In this document: piece by piece, positions 1 to 8,233 of the stretch
How the letters are laid out: every line of letters begins with the position of its first letter
Position numbering within the stretch: the first letter of the stretch is position 1
From: an uncultured Candidatus Saccharibacteria bacterium
GTDB lineage: Bacteria > Patescibacteriota > Minisyncoccia > UBA6257 > 1-14-0-10-40-38
Assembly (NCBI GenBank): GCA_964543265.1
Contig: CAZIWN010000001.1
Location: 38,470 to 102,469, forward strand
Reading direction: 5' to 3'
Length of the DNA stretch: 64,000 nt
The notes under the pieces: generated by a model
The model's input: only the letters and a program-made list of their open reading frames with translations
Told to the model about the DNA's origin: nothing
Databases searched by the model: none
Made by a program: the position numbers and the translations under genes

Positions 1-792
1 ACCTAAGACATATTTTATAAAGCCCATAATTGCAATAATTGCCAATGATCCGATTATTAAAGGAATTGTTAATTTATCAAATATAGCTGTTATTATCCAA
101 ATTCCCACAGCTATAAGAGCAATACCTATTCCAAGCCTCATAAATCCTCTATGCTCTTGCCTCCAGCTTTCAAACATTTTTATAGATGATCCATAATAAA
201 CCATCGCTATAATAACTATTAGTGGCAAAACGAAAACTATATTGTAAAAAAGCAATAAAGGTAATCCGGTTATAAAATTTACACCTCCTTGGCTCATTAT
301 CGCTAAAATCGCCAAATAAGGTGCGCCAGTACACGGTAGCTCAACTAAAGTTATCAGTCCTCCAAAGAGAAACGCGGAAGTCATAGAAACTGCACTAGAT
401 GACATTCTTCTTTCTACCAGCGATATAAGTCCTTTTGGTATTGCTAGTGAATATCCCCATCCATACCAATAAAAATCTTTTACTTCCAAAAAAGCCGCTA
501 TCATAACGAATATTCCGATCACTAAATAAAGCGACTTACTTATTATTTCAATTTCTCTAACAGCATTAAAAAGAGATAGTAGCGTTAGTCCGCCAATAAT
601 ATAGGTTATATAAACTCCGGATACGTAAGCTATTCCATTAAGAAGTAGTTTTTTCTTACTTCCCATTTTTAAAAGAACAGTACACATCACGAGCAATACT
701 CCAATCACACATGGATTAATAGAATCAACCAATGCATATCCAACTATTACCGGCAACGACAATCCAGGTGCTGTTATAGATAAACTCTGCAT
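1..792 (-). CDS. ccdA: Cytochrome c-type biogenesis / thiol-disulfide transporter CcdA (DsbD family), N-terminal part; C-terminus lies beyond the window start
   Basis: Reverse translation gives MQSLSITAPGLSLPVIVGYALVDSINPCVIGVLL... with the two hallmark TM cysteines (INPCV and ELPCTGAPY). Multi-pass hydrophobic protein. ATG at 790-792 on the minus strand. Confidence 0.75.
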   Translation of the reverse strand, partial: MQSLSITAPGLSLPVIVGYALVDSINPCVIGVLLVMCTVLLKMGSKKKLLLNGIAYVSGVYITYIIGGLTLLSLFNAVREIEIISKSLYLVIGIFVMIAAFLEVKDFYWYGWGYSLAIPKGLISLVERRMSSSAVSMTSAFLFGGLITLVELPCTGAPYLAILAIMSQGGVNFITGLPLLLFYNIVFVLPLIVIIAMVYYGSSIKMFESWRQEHRGFMRLGIGIALIAVGIWIITAIFDKLTIPLIIGSLAIIAIMGFIKYVLG

Positions 793-854
793 AATACTAC
801 AAATTATAAATTGTTTTTAATATCGCGCCTAATTACTCCCTGTTAACAAGGCAT

Positions 855-1913
855 TTATCCTCTGCCCAAAACCGGAAAATTTACTGGTTTTTGTTTTAGT
901 TCTTTTTCAATCTCGAGCGAGCTCCTGTCGCTAAATTCAAAATAAATAACATCCTTGTCTTTCCATACATAGTTTGTGAAATCTGGTTTTTCTTTTCCAT
1001 TTAAGAATGCTTTTAGGGTTGCTGGTTTTCCATTGGGACATAAATTGCCATTCTTTTTGTCGGTTATATAATCTTCACTAAAAGGAACTTTAATTTCCTT
1101 GAAAAAAGCCTTAACCGTTAAATGTTCAGTATTTTTAACTTCTTTTTTTTCATTATCGTAACTTAACTGATCATGCCAATGAGCTAAATTTTTTTCTTCA
1201 TGAGTGTGGGGCATGTTAAGAGCTCCAGACTCTGTTGGTAATCTAAAATCTTCTCCACATATATTAATTGGCATATATGCGTGTATGTGAGCTGTCCAAA
1301 CACAATCTTCTCCAACTTTTGGACAGGTAATTATTCCGTTTGAAGGATTTTGTTTTTCTGTAAAAATTACAGAATAAATAAGTCCGCCCAATGCTAATAG
1401 AATTAAAAACCAAATTATTCCTAATTTATATCTCTTTTTAACTATTCCAAAAATCAAAACCAAAACAGCTAAAACAGAACATATATAAAAAGCTAAATTC
1501 TCAGAATTTAAATCTTTTGCCGGGGCATCTACCTTTATAGGGAAATCAAATTGGCTATTAGATATATTAAAGTGTATTTTGTAATCTCCTGAATCTGGAA
1601 AAGAAAACTCAAACATATATTCTTCGCCTTTTTGTTTTGCCACAATATCCTTAGCTACTATTCCAGAATTTATTTTTTCTATTTCTATAGAATTATTTAA
1701 ATTATTTAGAACCTTATCTGTTTTTATGTCTTTTACAGAAATCCATATAGGCGTTTTATATTCAGCAACAAACAAATCTGGCTGAACTATACTGGCTTTT
1801 ATGCTAGATAAATTATTATTTTCTGATTCAGTATGTGCGCTTGTCTTAGGGGATATATTTATTAATATCAAGACAAAAAAAGCTAAACCAAACGCCTTAA
1901 GAATATTTTTCAT
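855..1913 (-). CDS. Hypothetical membrane protein with a signal peptide, two central TM helices and a Cys/His-rich C-terminal domain
   Basis: 352-aa ORF. N-terminal signal-like segment, hydrophobic helices in the middle, C-terminal CPKVGEDCVWTAHIHAYMPINICGE...HTHEEKNLAHWHD. No recognisable family. Confidence 0.5.
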   Translation of the reverse strand: MKNILKAFGLAFFVLILINISPKTSAHTESENNNLSSIKASIVQPDLFVAEYKTPIWISVKDIKTDKVLNNLNNSIEIEKINSGIVAKDIVAKQKGEEYMFEFSFPDSGDYKIHFNISNSQFDFPIKVDAPAKDLNSENLAFYICSVLAVLVLIFGIVKKRYKLGIIWFLILLALGGLIYSVIFTEKQNPSNGIITCPKVGEDCVWTAHIHAYMPINICGEDFRLPTESGALNMPHTHEEKNLAHWHDQLSYDNEKKEVKNTEHLTVKAFFKEIKVPFSEDYITDKKNGNLCPNGKPATLKAFLNGKEKPDFTNYVWKDKDVIYFEFSDRSSLEIEKELKQKPVNFPVLGRG

Positions 1914-2029
1914 TTATTTTATTTTTTAGAAAAATCCAGCAGATAGGGAAGTTGCGACGATTATCACGAAAAGAATAATTAATATTATTTTTGCAAATTT
2001 TTTCATATGGTTTTTTTAAATTTTATAAT

Positions 2030-3058
2030 TTATATATTAGCAGTTTTTTTAGATAAATCTATATAATTTTTAATTAATGATATGAATATTGAGGCGATAA
2101 GTGGTCCATAAACTAATCCAATAACTCCGAATATCTTTATTCCTCCCAAAACAGATATTAATACAAAAAATGGATGAATTTTTATCTTATCTCCTATAAG
2201 TTTTGGTTTCAAAACATTATCAACAGAAGAAACTATTATTACATTATAAAGCAAGAAAACTATAGCAACCCATAGTTTGCCCTGTAAAAACATATAAGCA
2301 GCTGCTGGAACAAATATTAAATAAGGCCCCAACATTGGTATTAAGGCGAAGAATGCCATTACAAAACCCCATATTATAGGTGAACTTAAATTAAACATTA
2401 AAAATCCTAACCCACCTAAAAATCCCTGTATTCCAGCATTTATTAAAGTTCCATAAAGCACAGCTCTTCCAGATTCCTTAAATGTTTTATATAGATTCAT
2501 TTCCTCTGATGTTTCGAGTGGGCTAGAGTCTATCAAAAATTTAGCCAATCTTTTCCCGTCTTTAAGCATATAAAATATGGTCAGCAATAAAAGGAAAAAA
2601 TTAACCACTAAATTAGCAGCGTTAGATAAAAATGTGGCGATATTGCTAGTTATAAATTCTCCAACATTTCTAACAGTGGGGGCGATCTGTGAAGAAAATA
2701 GATCTTCCGTTCCGATATTTAGCTTTCTTGCTACGTATTGAATCGCTTTATCGTTTTCATAAAATTCAGCTGTTTTTATTTTTTCCAGAAATCCTTGTGT
2801 TTCTTGAAATAATAGAGAGAGTATTGTTATGAAAGGCAAGATAATAATTAAAGCAACAAGAACAGTAGAGATAAGAGATGGTATATTCGATCCATCTTTA
2901 AATTTCTTTGAAATAAAATTATTTAATGGCGTAAAAATACCAGCCAGTAATGCTCCTATTACTAACGGCGCCAAAAACTGTATAAAAACAGTGGCAAATA
3001 AAAGAGTGAATATTATAAGCAAAACAACCAAAAATCTATGCGAATGTTTATGAACCAT
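2030..3058 (-). CDS. AI-2E family transporter (UPF0118/PerM-like permease)
   Basis: 342-aa polytopic membrane protein. The N-terminal MVHKHSHRFLVVLLIIF...GALLAGIFTPLNNFISKKF and overall topology are typical of the AI-2E family. Confidence 0.7.
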   Translation of the reverse strand: MVHKHSHRFLVVLLIIFTLLFATVFIQFLAPLVIGALLAGIFTPLNNFISKKFKDGSNIPSLISTVLVALIIILPFITILSLLFQETQGFLEKIKTAEFYENDKAIQYVARKLNIGTEDLFSSQIAPTVRNVGEFITSNIATFLSNAANLVVNFFLLLLTIFYMLKDGKRLAKFLIDSSPLETSEEMNLYKTFKESGRAVLYGTLINAGIQGFLGGLGFLMFNLSSPIIWGFVMAFFALIPMLGPYLIFVPAAAYMFLQGKLWVAIVFLLYNVIIVSSVDNVLKPKLIGDKIKIHPFFVLISVLGGIKIFGVIGLVYGPLIASIFISLIKNYIDLSKKTANI

Positions 3059-3125
3059 ATTAAATATAATTGTATTATAACCCAGCTAAAATTAAAATCC
3101 GCCATAATTGTGGCGGATTTTAATT

Positions 3126-4271
3126 TTAAAAACTTCCAGAGCTTATCTTTTTTCTTATTTCTTTCAGATAATTCTCTATAAAATAAATATTATGCATAGT
3201 TAATAGTTTTCCAGCTAATTGTTCTTTAGCATGAAGCAGAAAATTAATTTGCCCGATTGAGTAATTTTTACAAGCAAAACACTTACAATTTTTTTCTATT
3301 GGTGAAAATTTATTTTTAAACTTTCCGGCATTTAAATTAAGATTTCCTTTTTTTGTTAGAGCTGTTCCATGTCTGGCAATTCGTGTTGGCATGGCGCAGT
3401 CAAAGACATCTATACCAGCCTTAATCATCAAAGGGATCGATTCCAAATCTCCAATACCTAGTAAATGATGCGGTCGCGATCGGTCGGAATAATCGGTAAC
3501 TTTAGAAATTGTTTTTATCATTTGACCTTTATCATCCGCAAACTCTCCACCGATAGCGATTCCAAAAACAGGTAATTCATTTATTTTTTTAACTGAATTC
3601 ACTCTTAAATCATCATATTTTCCTCCCTGAACTATGCCAAAAACCATTTGGTCTTTTATTTTATTTTTCTTTATATAAGACAAAAACTTTTCATACCAAG
3701 CATTAGTTAAATCTAAATTCTTTTTTACTTCTTCATAATTATCAGAAGGGGATCCACAAACATCTAGCATATATATAAAGTCTGCGCCCAGATCCATCTG
3801 TGTTTTTGCTGAAATTTCTGGGGTTAAAAATATTTCTCGGCCATTTCTAGGAGATCTAAATTTAACACCACTTTCAGATATTTTAACTAAATTCTTGCCA
3901 TTAGGAATTTTCCCGCCCTCTTTTTTATCTCCAACCTTAGATAATCCAAATTCCATTCCTTTTCCTAAAGAAAAAACCTGAAATCCTCCCGAGTCAGTAA
4001 ATATCGGTTTATTAAAATTAAAAAATTTATGCAATCCTCCAAGTTTTTTAATTTCCTGAACTCTGTCTAAATCTAAAAAATGAAAAGTATTAGTGATTTG
4101 GCACTGGGCTTCAGTAGTTAAGGTATCTTCATAATCCATTCCTCCTTTAATCACTCCTAATGTCGCCACGGGAATAAACGCAGGAGTAATAATCTCTCCG
4201 TGCGGAGTAGTGATTTTTCCAATCCTCGCCTTAGATTTTTTTGATTGTTTAGAAACTTCAAATTTAAACAT
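3126..4271 (-). CDS. tgt: Queuine tRNA-ribosyltransferase (tRNA-guanine transglycosylase)
   Basis: 381 aa. N-terminal FEV...ARIGKITTPHGEIITPAFIPVAT, a TIM-barrel core, and a C-terminal CxCxxC zinc motif (CKCFACKNY) with HNIYF. Confidence 0.88.
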   Translation of the reverse strand: MFKFEVSKQSKKSKARIGKITTPHGEIITPAFIPVATLGVIKGGMDYEDTLTTEAQCQITNTFHFLDLDRVQEIKKLGGLHKFFNFNKPIFTDSGGFQVFSLGKGMEFGLSKVGDKKEGGKIPNGKNLVKISESGVKFRSPRNGREIFLTPEISAKTQMDLGADFIYMLDVCGSPSDNYEEVKKNLDLTNAWYEKFLSYIKKNKIKDQMVFGIVQGGKYDDLRVNSVKKINELPVFGIAIGGEFADDKGQMIKTISKVTDYSDRSRPHHLLGIGDLESIPLMIKAGIDVFDCAMPTRIARHGTALTKKGNLNLNAGKFKNKFSPIEKNCKCFACKNYSIGQINFLLHAKEQLAGKLLTMHNIYFIENYLKEIRKKISSGSF

Positions 4272-4895
4272 TTAAATTTTTGCAATATATTTCCTTAAAG
4301 GACACTCTAAATGTTTGCATCTTGCGGTGCAATATTTTCTGCCATAATCTATTAATCGATAGGGGAATTGCGACCATTCTTTTTTTGGTAAAATTTTCAT
4401 TAAATCCTTTTCGATAATTTCAGGATTTTTAGACTTTGTTAACCCGAAGAGATTAGATAGGCGAATCACGTGCGTATCAACCGGAATTCCGGTAATAATT
4501 CCATAAGCATTCCACAAAATAATATTGGCAGATTTTCTGCCAATTCCATTCAATTCCAGCATTTCTTCCATAGTCTTTGGCATTTCGCCATTATGCTTAG
4601 CAACCAAAATTTTTGCAGATTCTAAAATATTTTTTGCCTTAGCTCGAAATAGCCCGATAGATTTTATATCTTTTTGAAATTCTAATAAATCAGCTTTCGC
4701 ATAAGTTTCAACGGTCGGATATTTTTTAAATAAAGCCGGAGTTACTTGATTCACTTTTTTATCCGTGCATTGGGCAGATAAAATAACCGCCACCATCAGT
4801 TCCCAATTATTTCCATAATCAAGCGCGATTTTAGACTTAGGAAAAAGCTTTTTAAGCCCTCCATTTATTTTTAGTATCTTTTTTTTCGAATCCAT
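4272..4895 (-). CDS. nth: Endonuclease III (DNA glycosylase/AP lyase, HhH-GPD, 4Fe-4S)
   Basis: 207 aa. HhH motif LELNGIGRKSANIIL, a catalytic region, and a C-terminal Cys cluster CTARCKHLECPL. Abuts tgt with no gap. Confidence 0.88.
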   Translation of the reverse strand: MDSKKKILKINGGLKKLFPKSKIALDYGNNWELMVAVILSAQCTDKKVNQVTPALFKKYPTVETYAKADLLEFQKDIKSIGLFRAKAKNILESAKILVAKHNGEMPKTMEEMLELNGIGRKSANIILWNAYGIITGIPVDTHVIRLSNLFGLTKSKNPEIIEKDLMKILPKKEWSQFPYRLIDYGRKYCTARCKHLECPLRKYIAKI

Positions 4896-4909
4896 TTATA
4901 TTATCAAAA

Positions 4910-6505
4910 CTAAACTCTAGAAATAACTCTAATCAATTTCTTAGCCTTAGAGTCATTTTCTTTCAAATATTCTGCAAAATCTGGAATCTTTTCAAATTTT
5001 CCATTCTCTATTCTATAGAAGTAATCAATCTTAACTTGTTCTATGAAATATCTGTCGTGTGAAATCAAAATCAAGCTTCCGGTATAATTTTTTAAAAATT
5101 CTTTTAAAGCAGTCACAGCTTCTGCGTCCATATGATTTGTCGGTTCGTCTAAAACTAAAACATTGGCTTTTTTAGCTGCAAAATAAATCAAAATCAATCT
5201 GGCTCTCTCTCCGGGGCTCATAGTTGAAATTTTGTTTTTTGCTTGTTCTTCTGGGAAATCAAATTTAGTTAGTAAATTATAAGCATTACTTTCTCCAATT
5301 CCAGCCATTTGAGATAAAAACTGGATAGGTGATTTTTCCGGTGGTAAGATTTCGTGCTCTTGGCTCATATTAACCAATTTCACCGATCCTCCCATATTTA
5401 TTTCTCCCGAAACAGGTTTTAAATCTCCAAGTAGGGTTTTTATTAAAGTTGATTTTCCTTCTCCGTTTCCACCGATAATACAAACTTTCTTTCCAAATTG
5501 GATATGCAAATCTATCGGCTGAGTTTTAAATGCCTTGCCACGTCCCACAACTAAATGCTTGGCTTCTATTTCGGTATTTCCTTCATTTTTAATTTCATAA
5601 GTTGGAATATTAAATAGATTTTTAATCACTGGTTTATCAAGCATTTCCATTCTCTTTAATCTATTTCCAATAACTTTCGCTGTCCTCAAAGATCTTCCGG
5701 CTTTATTGCGGTTATATCCCTGCAACATCTTGTCGTTATCAGATCTTTCCCATTTAGCTCCATCTTCAGCATCTTGCTTCTTTTCTTCAACAATGACATT
5801 TATTCTTTCAATCTCTCTTTGCTGCGCCTGATACAATTCCCATTTTCTTTTTTCGTCCCTTTCTTCATTTTCTAAGAAGTGGCTATATTTTCCATTAATA
5901 ACTTTAAAATGCCTCGTCTCTCTGTCTATCGAAAAAACTTTCTGTGTAACATTGTCTAAAAATCTCCTATCGTGAGAAACAATAACTCCAGAAATTTCAG
6001 AAGATTTTAAATAATCTTCCAGCCAAATTAAAGAGGGGAGATCTAGATTATTTGTCGGCTCGTCTAATAACAACAAATCTGCTCCTTTCATTAAAATTGA
6101 AATTAGAGCTATTTTTGCTTTTTGTCCCGAGCTTAACTCTTCCACTTTTCTATCCTCGATTCCTTCCTTAAAGCCAAATCCAGAAAGCATTATTTTGGCT
6201 TTATATTCTATTTTTTTTCTTTCTTCATCGTCTATGCCAGCGGTTTTAAAGATAAAGTCCATTACTTTTCCCTTGGCATCTAATTTTAATTCTTGAGGAA
6301 AATATCCAACTCTTATCTTTGGGTGTATTTCTAAAGTTCCAAAATCAGGCTTCTCAACTCCGGCAATTATCTTTAAAAGCGTTGATTTTCCAGTTCCATT
6401 TGGCGCAACCAAAGCCGCCTTCTGCCCTTTTTCAAGAGATAAGGATACATTATTTAAAACCTCTTTAAGGCCATAAGATTTGCTTACATTTCTAAGCTTC
6501 AACAT
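4910..6505 (-). CDS. ABC-F family ATPase (tandem ABC domains, EttA/Uup-like translation factor type)
   Basis: Two Walker A boxes (APNGTGKST, GGNGEGKST), two LSGG signatures, and a charged inter-domain linker. Start placed at MLKLRNVSKSYG (6505), which matches canonical ABC-F N-termini. The ORF track extends to 6565, but that extension overlaps an upstream hairpin. Confidence 0.85.
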   Translation of the reverse strand: MLKLRNVSKSYGLKEVLNNVSLSLEKGQKAALVAPNGTGKSTLLKIIAGVEKPDFGTLEIHPKIRVGYFPQELKLDAKGKVMDFIFKTAGIDDEERKKIEYKAKIMLSGFGFKEGIEDRKVEELSSGQKAKIALISILMKGADLLLLDEPTNNLDLPSLIWLEDYLKSSEISGVIVSHDRRFLDNVTQKVFSIDRETRHFKVINGKYSHFLENEERDEKRKWELYQAQQREIERINVIVEEKKQDAEDGAKWERSDNDKMLQGYNRNKAGRSLRTAKVIGNRLKRMEMLDKPVIKNLFNIPTYEIKNEGNTEIEAKHLVVGRGKAFKTQPIDLHIQFGKKVCIIGGNGEGKSTLIKTLLGDLKPVSGEINMGGSVKLVNMSQEHEILPPEKSPIQFLSQMAGIGESNAYNLLTKFDFPEEQAKNKISTMSPGERARLILIYFAAKKANVLVLDEPTNHMDAEAVTALKEFLKNYTGSLILISHDRYFIEQVKIDYFYRIENGKFEKIPDFAEYLKENDSKAKKLIRVISRV

Positions 6506-6555
6506 AGTTTCAAAATTTTGCCATAAAACAGCCAAAAAGTCTATATAAATTAATG

Positions 6556-6585
6556 TCCCCCGCAAAAAACATCATTCGCGGGGGA
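6556..6585. terminator. GC-rich hairpin (tcccccgc...gcggggga); likely terminator for the minus-strand micro-ORF at 6600-6707
   Basis: 8-bp perfect GC stem with a 14-nt loop. On the minus strand it lies 15 nt downstream of the micro-ORF stop and is followed by a T-containing tract. Confidence 0.4.
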
Positions 6586-6599
6586 TTATTTCATTCCCA

Positions 6600-6707
6600 T
6601 CATTCTCTCCCGAGCTCGGAAGATCGAATTTTCCTACCGGTGAATTTCAGAGTGCAACAAACATACTCGTATGCCCAGTCGCCTTCGACAAACCATTCGG
6701 TAAGCAT
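6600..6707 (-). CDS. Micro-ORF (35 aa) inside GC-rich islet 1
   Basis: Minus-strand ATG preceded by GGGAG 7 nt upstream. Translates MLTEWFVEGDWAYEYVCCTLKFTGRKIRSSELGRE. Followed by the hairpin at 6556-6585. Below the ORF-track cut-off. GC-rich. Confidence 0.3.
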   Translation of the reverse strand: MLTEWFVEGDWAYEYVCCTLKFTGRKIRSSELGRE

Positions 6708-6795
6708 TCTTGGCTCCCGGTTTTGGGTTGAGGGGTTCTAATCCATATAATAGAACTATATATAAATATTGTCAATAATTAATAGTCTTTTTTTT

Positions 6796-6830
6796 TGACA
6801 TCATTTTCTTCATCTATTAGCATATTTTAA
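6796..6830 (+). promoter_or_regulatory. Sigma70-like promoter (TTGACA -35) for the cupin gene
   Basis: ttgaca at 6796-6801, then 17 nt, then a -10-like tagcat. Followed by the RBS AGGGAGG at 6852-6858. Confidence 0.4.
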
Positions 6831-6865
6831 GTTCTTCAGATCAAAAAAACAGGGAGGATTTTCAC

Positions 6866-7282
6866 TTGCTAGCAATCAGGTCAGTCCAAGACGCCAAGGA
6901 AGCGTTTCCTCAATTGAGGTGGAAAGATCTCGTTTCGGGATCGGGAGGCAGGATGGCCTTCGCAATCGTCGGAGGCAACAAGGGGACGGGTGACATCACG
7001 ATTTTCTTGGCCATGGAAGACGGGGCAACTGCGCCCTTACATCGGCACAACAATCGTGAGGGTTGGCCTTTCAATGAATCCATTACTGTTTTAGTAGGTT
7101 CCTTGTACGACGTCGATCCGGGTCAACCAGATCTGGCTGTGGATTCCGGTAGATCAATCGACTTGATCGGCAACAGGCCTCACGCTCCGCGAGTCAACAG
7201 CGGAGGATTCGCTCTTGTCATCTATCGTCAGCCCGCTGGGATGGAGCTGATTGACGGGTCGTCACCCACAACTCCATCCTGA
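6866..7282 (+). CDS. Cupin-domain protein (RmlC-like cupin fold); GC-rich, probably horizontally acquired
   Basis: 138 aa, TTG start 7 nt after AGGGAGG. Cupin motif 1 PLHRHNNREG and a motif-2-like GNRPHAPRVN. GC ~55% against a ~31% background. Own terminator downstream. Confidence 0.6.
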   Translation: MLAIRSVQDAKEAFPQLRWKDLVSGSGGRMAFAIVGGNKGTGDITIFLAMEDGATAPLHRHNNREGWPFNESITVLVGSLYDVDPGQPDLAVDSGRSIDLIGNRPHAPRVNSGGFALVIYRQPAGMELIDGSSPTTPS

Positions 7283-7301
7283 CACGCCATGATCTTAAAA
7301 A

Positions 7302-7346
7302 GCCTCGACAGAAGAATCGTCTTCCGTTGAGGCTTTATTAATTTTT
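7302..7346 (+). terminator. Rho-independent terminator after the cupin gene
   Basis: gcctcgacagaaga...tcttccgttgaggc stem followed by tttattaatttttt. Confidence 0.6.
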
Positions 7347-7369
7347 TACTCTTTCTTTAATTTGTAATT

Positions 7370-8233
7370 TTATTTTTCTCCATTCAATAATGCCAATCCA
7401 CCCCAAAGCCCAACTTCATCCTTCAATTTAGCAATTTTTAAAACTGGGCATTCAGGAAAAACTTTCATTATTTCTTTAAAGTGTTTTTCTATTGATTCAA
7501 ATGGGATTGCTGGCGATCCGAAAATCATCGGTCCGCCCAAAATAATTATTTCTGGAGACCATAAAACGGCCGCGTTGTTCAATCCATAAGAAAGCCACAA
7601 AGCTAGCTCTTCCCAAATTCTTTGATTGTCAATTTCTTTCGGTGGTTTTTTAAATCTTTCCATCAAAGATTTTCCCGAACACATATTTTCCAAATAAGGA
7701 GGATTTTCACAATTTGGGCACAATGTTCTATCTGCGTCTATAATCATATGCCCCGGTTCAAATCCCTGAAAACTCGGAGCAATCTTTTTATTAGCAATTT
7801 TTGCTCCGCCAATTCCCGTTGAGATGGTTAAAAATCCAACTACGTCATATCCTCGCCCCTCACCGTAAACTGCTTCTCCTAAGGCTCCTAAAGCAGCATC
7901 ATTTTCCACCATCACAGAGCAGCTGAAAGCTTTTTCAAAATAACCCTTAATATCCTTAAAGTTCCAATCCGGCAAATTTGGAGCATTAGCAACTCCAGTT
8001 CTTTCATTGTTTATCGGTCCAGCAATTCCAATAGCTATTTTTTTTATTTTTTTTCCTCCAGAAAGCTTAACCGCCAAATCTTTAAATAAAACAACTGCAT
8101 CTATAAATTTTTGCGGAGTGGAAATAGATTCTGATTTATTTATCAATTTTCCGTTTTCGGAAAAGGCGATTCTTGTTTTTGTTCCTCCGATATCAAAAAG
8201 TAAATACATATCCTTCAAATGGTTTAAGTTCAA
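7370..8233 (-). CDS. ROK-family glucokinase / sugar kinase
   Basis: 287 aa. N-terminal LLFDIGGTKTRIA (ATP-binding), ROK zinc motif CPNCENPPYLENMCSGKS. Overlaps the 3' end of the upstream PGI-GH13 gene, which suggests an operon. Confidence 0.8.
   Translation of the reverse strand: MNLNHLKDMYLLFDIGGTKTRIAFSENGKLINKSESISTPQKFIDAVVLFKDLAVKLSGGKKIKKIAIGIAGPINNERTGVANAPNLPDWNFKDIKGYFEKAFSCSVMVENDAALGALGEAVYGEGRGYDVVGFLTISTGIGGAKIANKKIAPSFQGFEPGHMIIDADRTLCPNCENPPYLENMCSGKSLMERFKKPPKEIDNQRIWEELALWLSYGLNNAAVLWSPEIIILGGPMIFGSPAIPFESIEKHFKEIMKVFPECPVLKIAKLKDEVGLWGGLALLNGEK

Noticed and set aside
4910-6565. ORF-track start of the ABC-F gene at 6565
   Set aside because: The extension MRGTLIYIDFLAVLWQNFET has no counterpart in ABC-F proteins and runs into a GC hairpin. 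MLKLRNVSKSYG at 6505 matches the family N-terminus.
6553-6741. 62-aa plus-strand ORF in the ABC-F / cupin spacer
   Set aside because: No RBS or promoter, and a low-complexity translation. The minus-strand 35-aa ORF with SD and terminator explains the region better.
6600-6760. tRNA-like / tmRNA-like element (…gaggggttctaatcc…)
   Set aside because: Superficial T-arm resemblance only. No acceptor stem, no CCA context and no tag reading frame.
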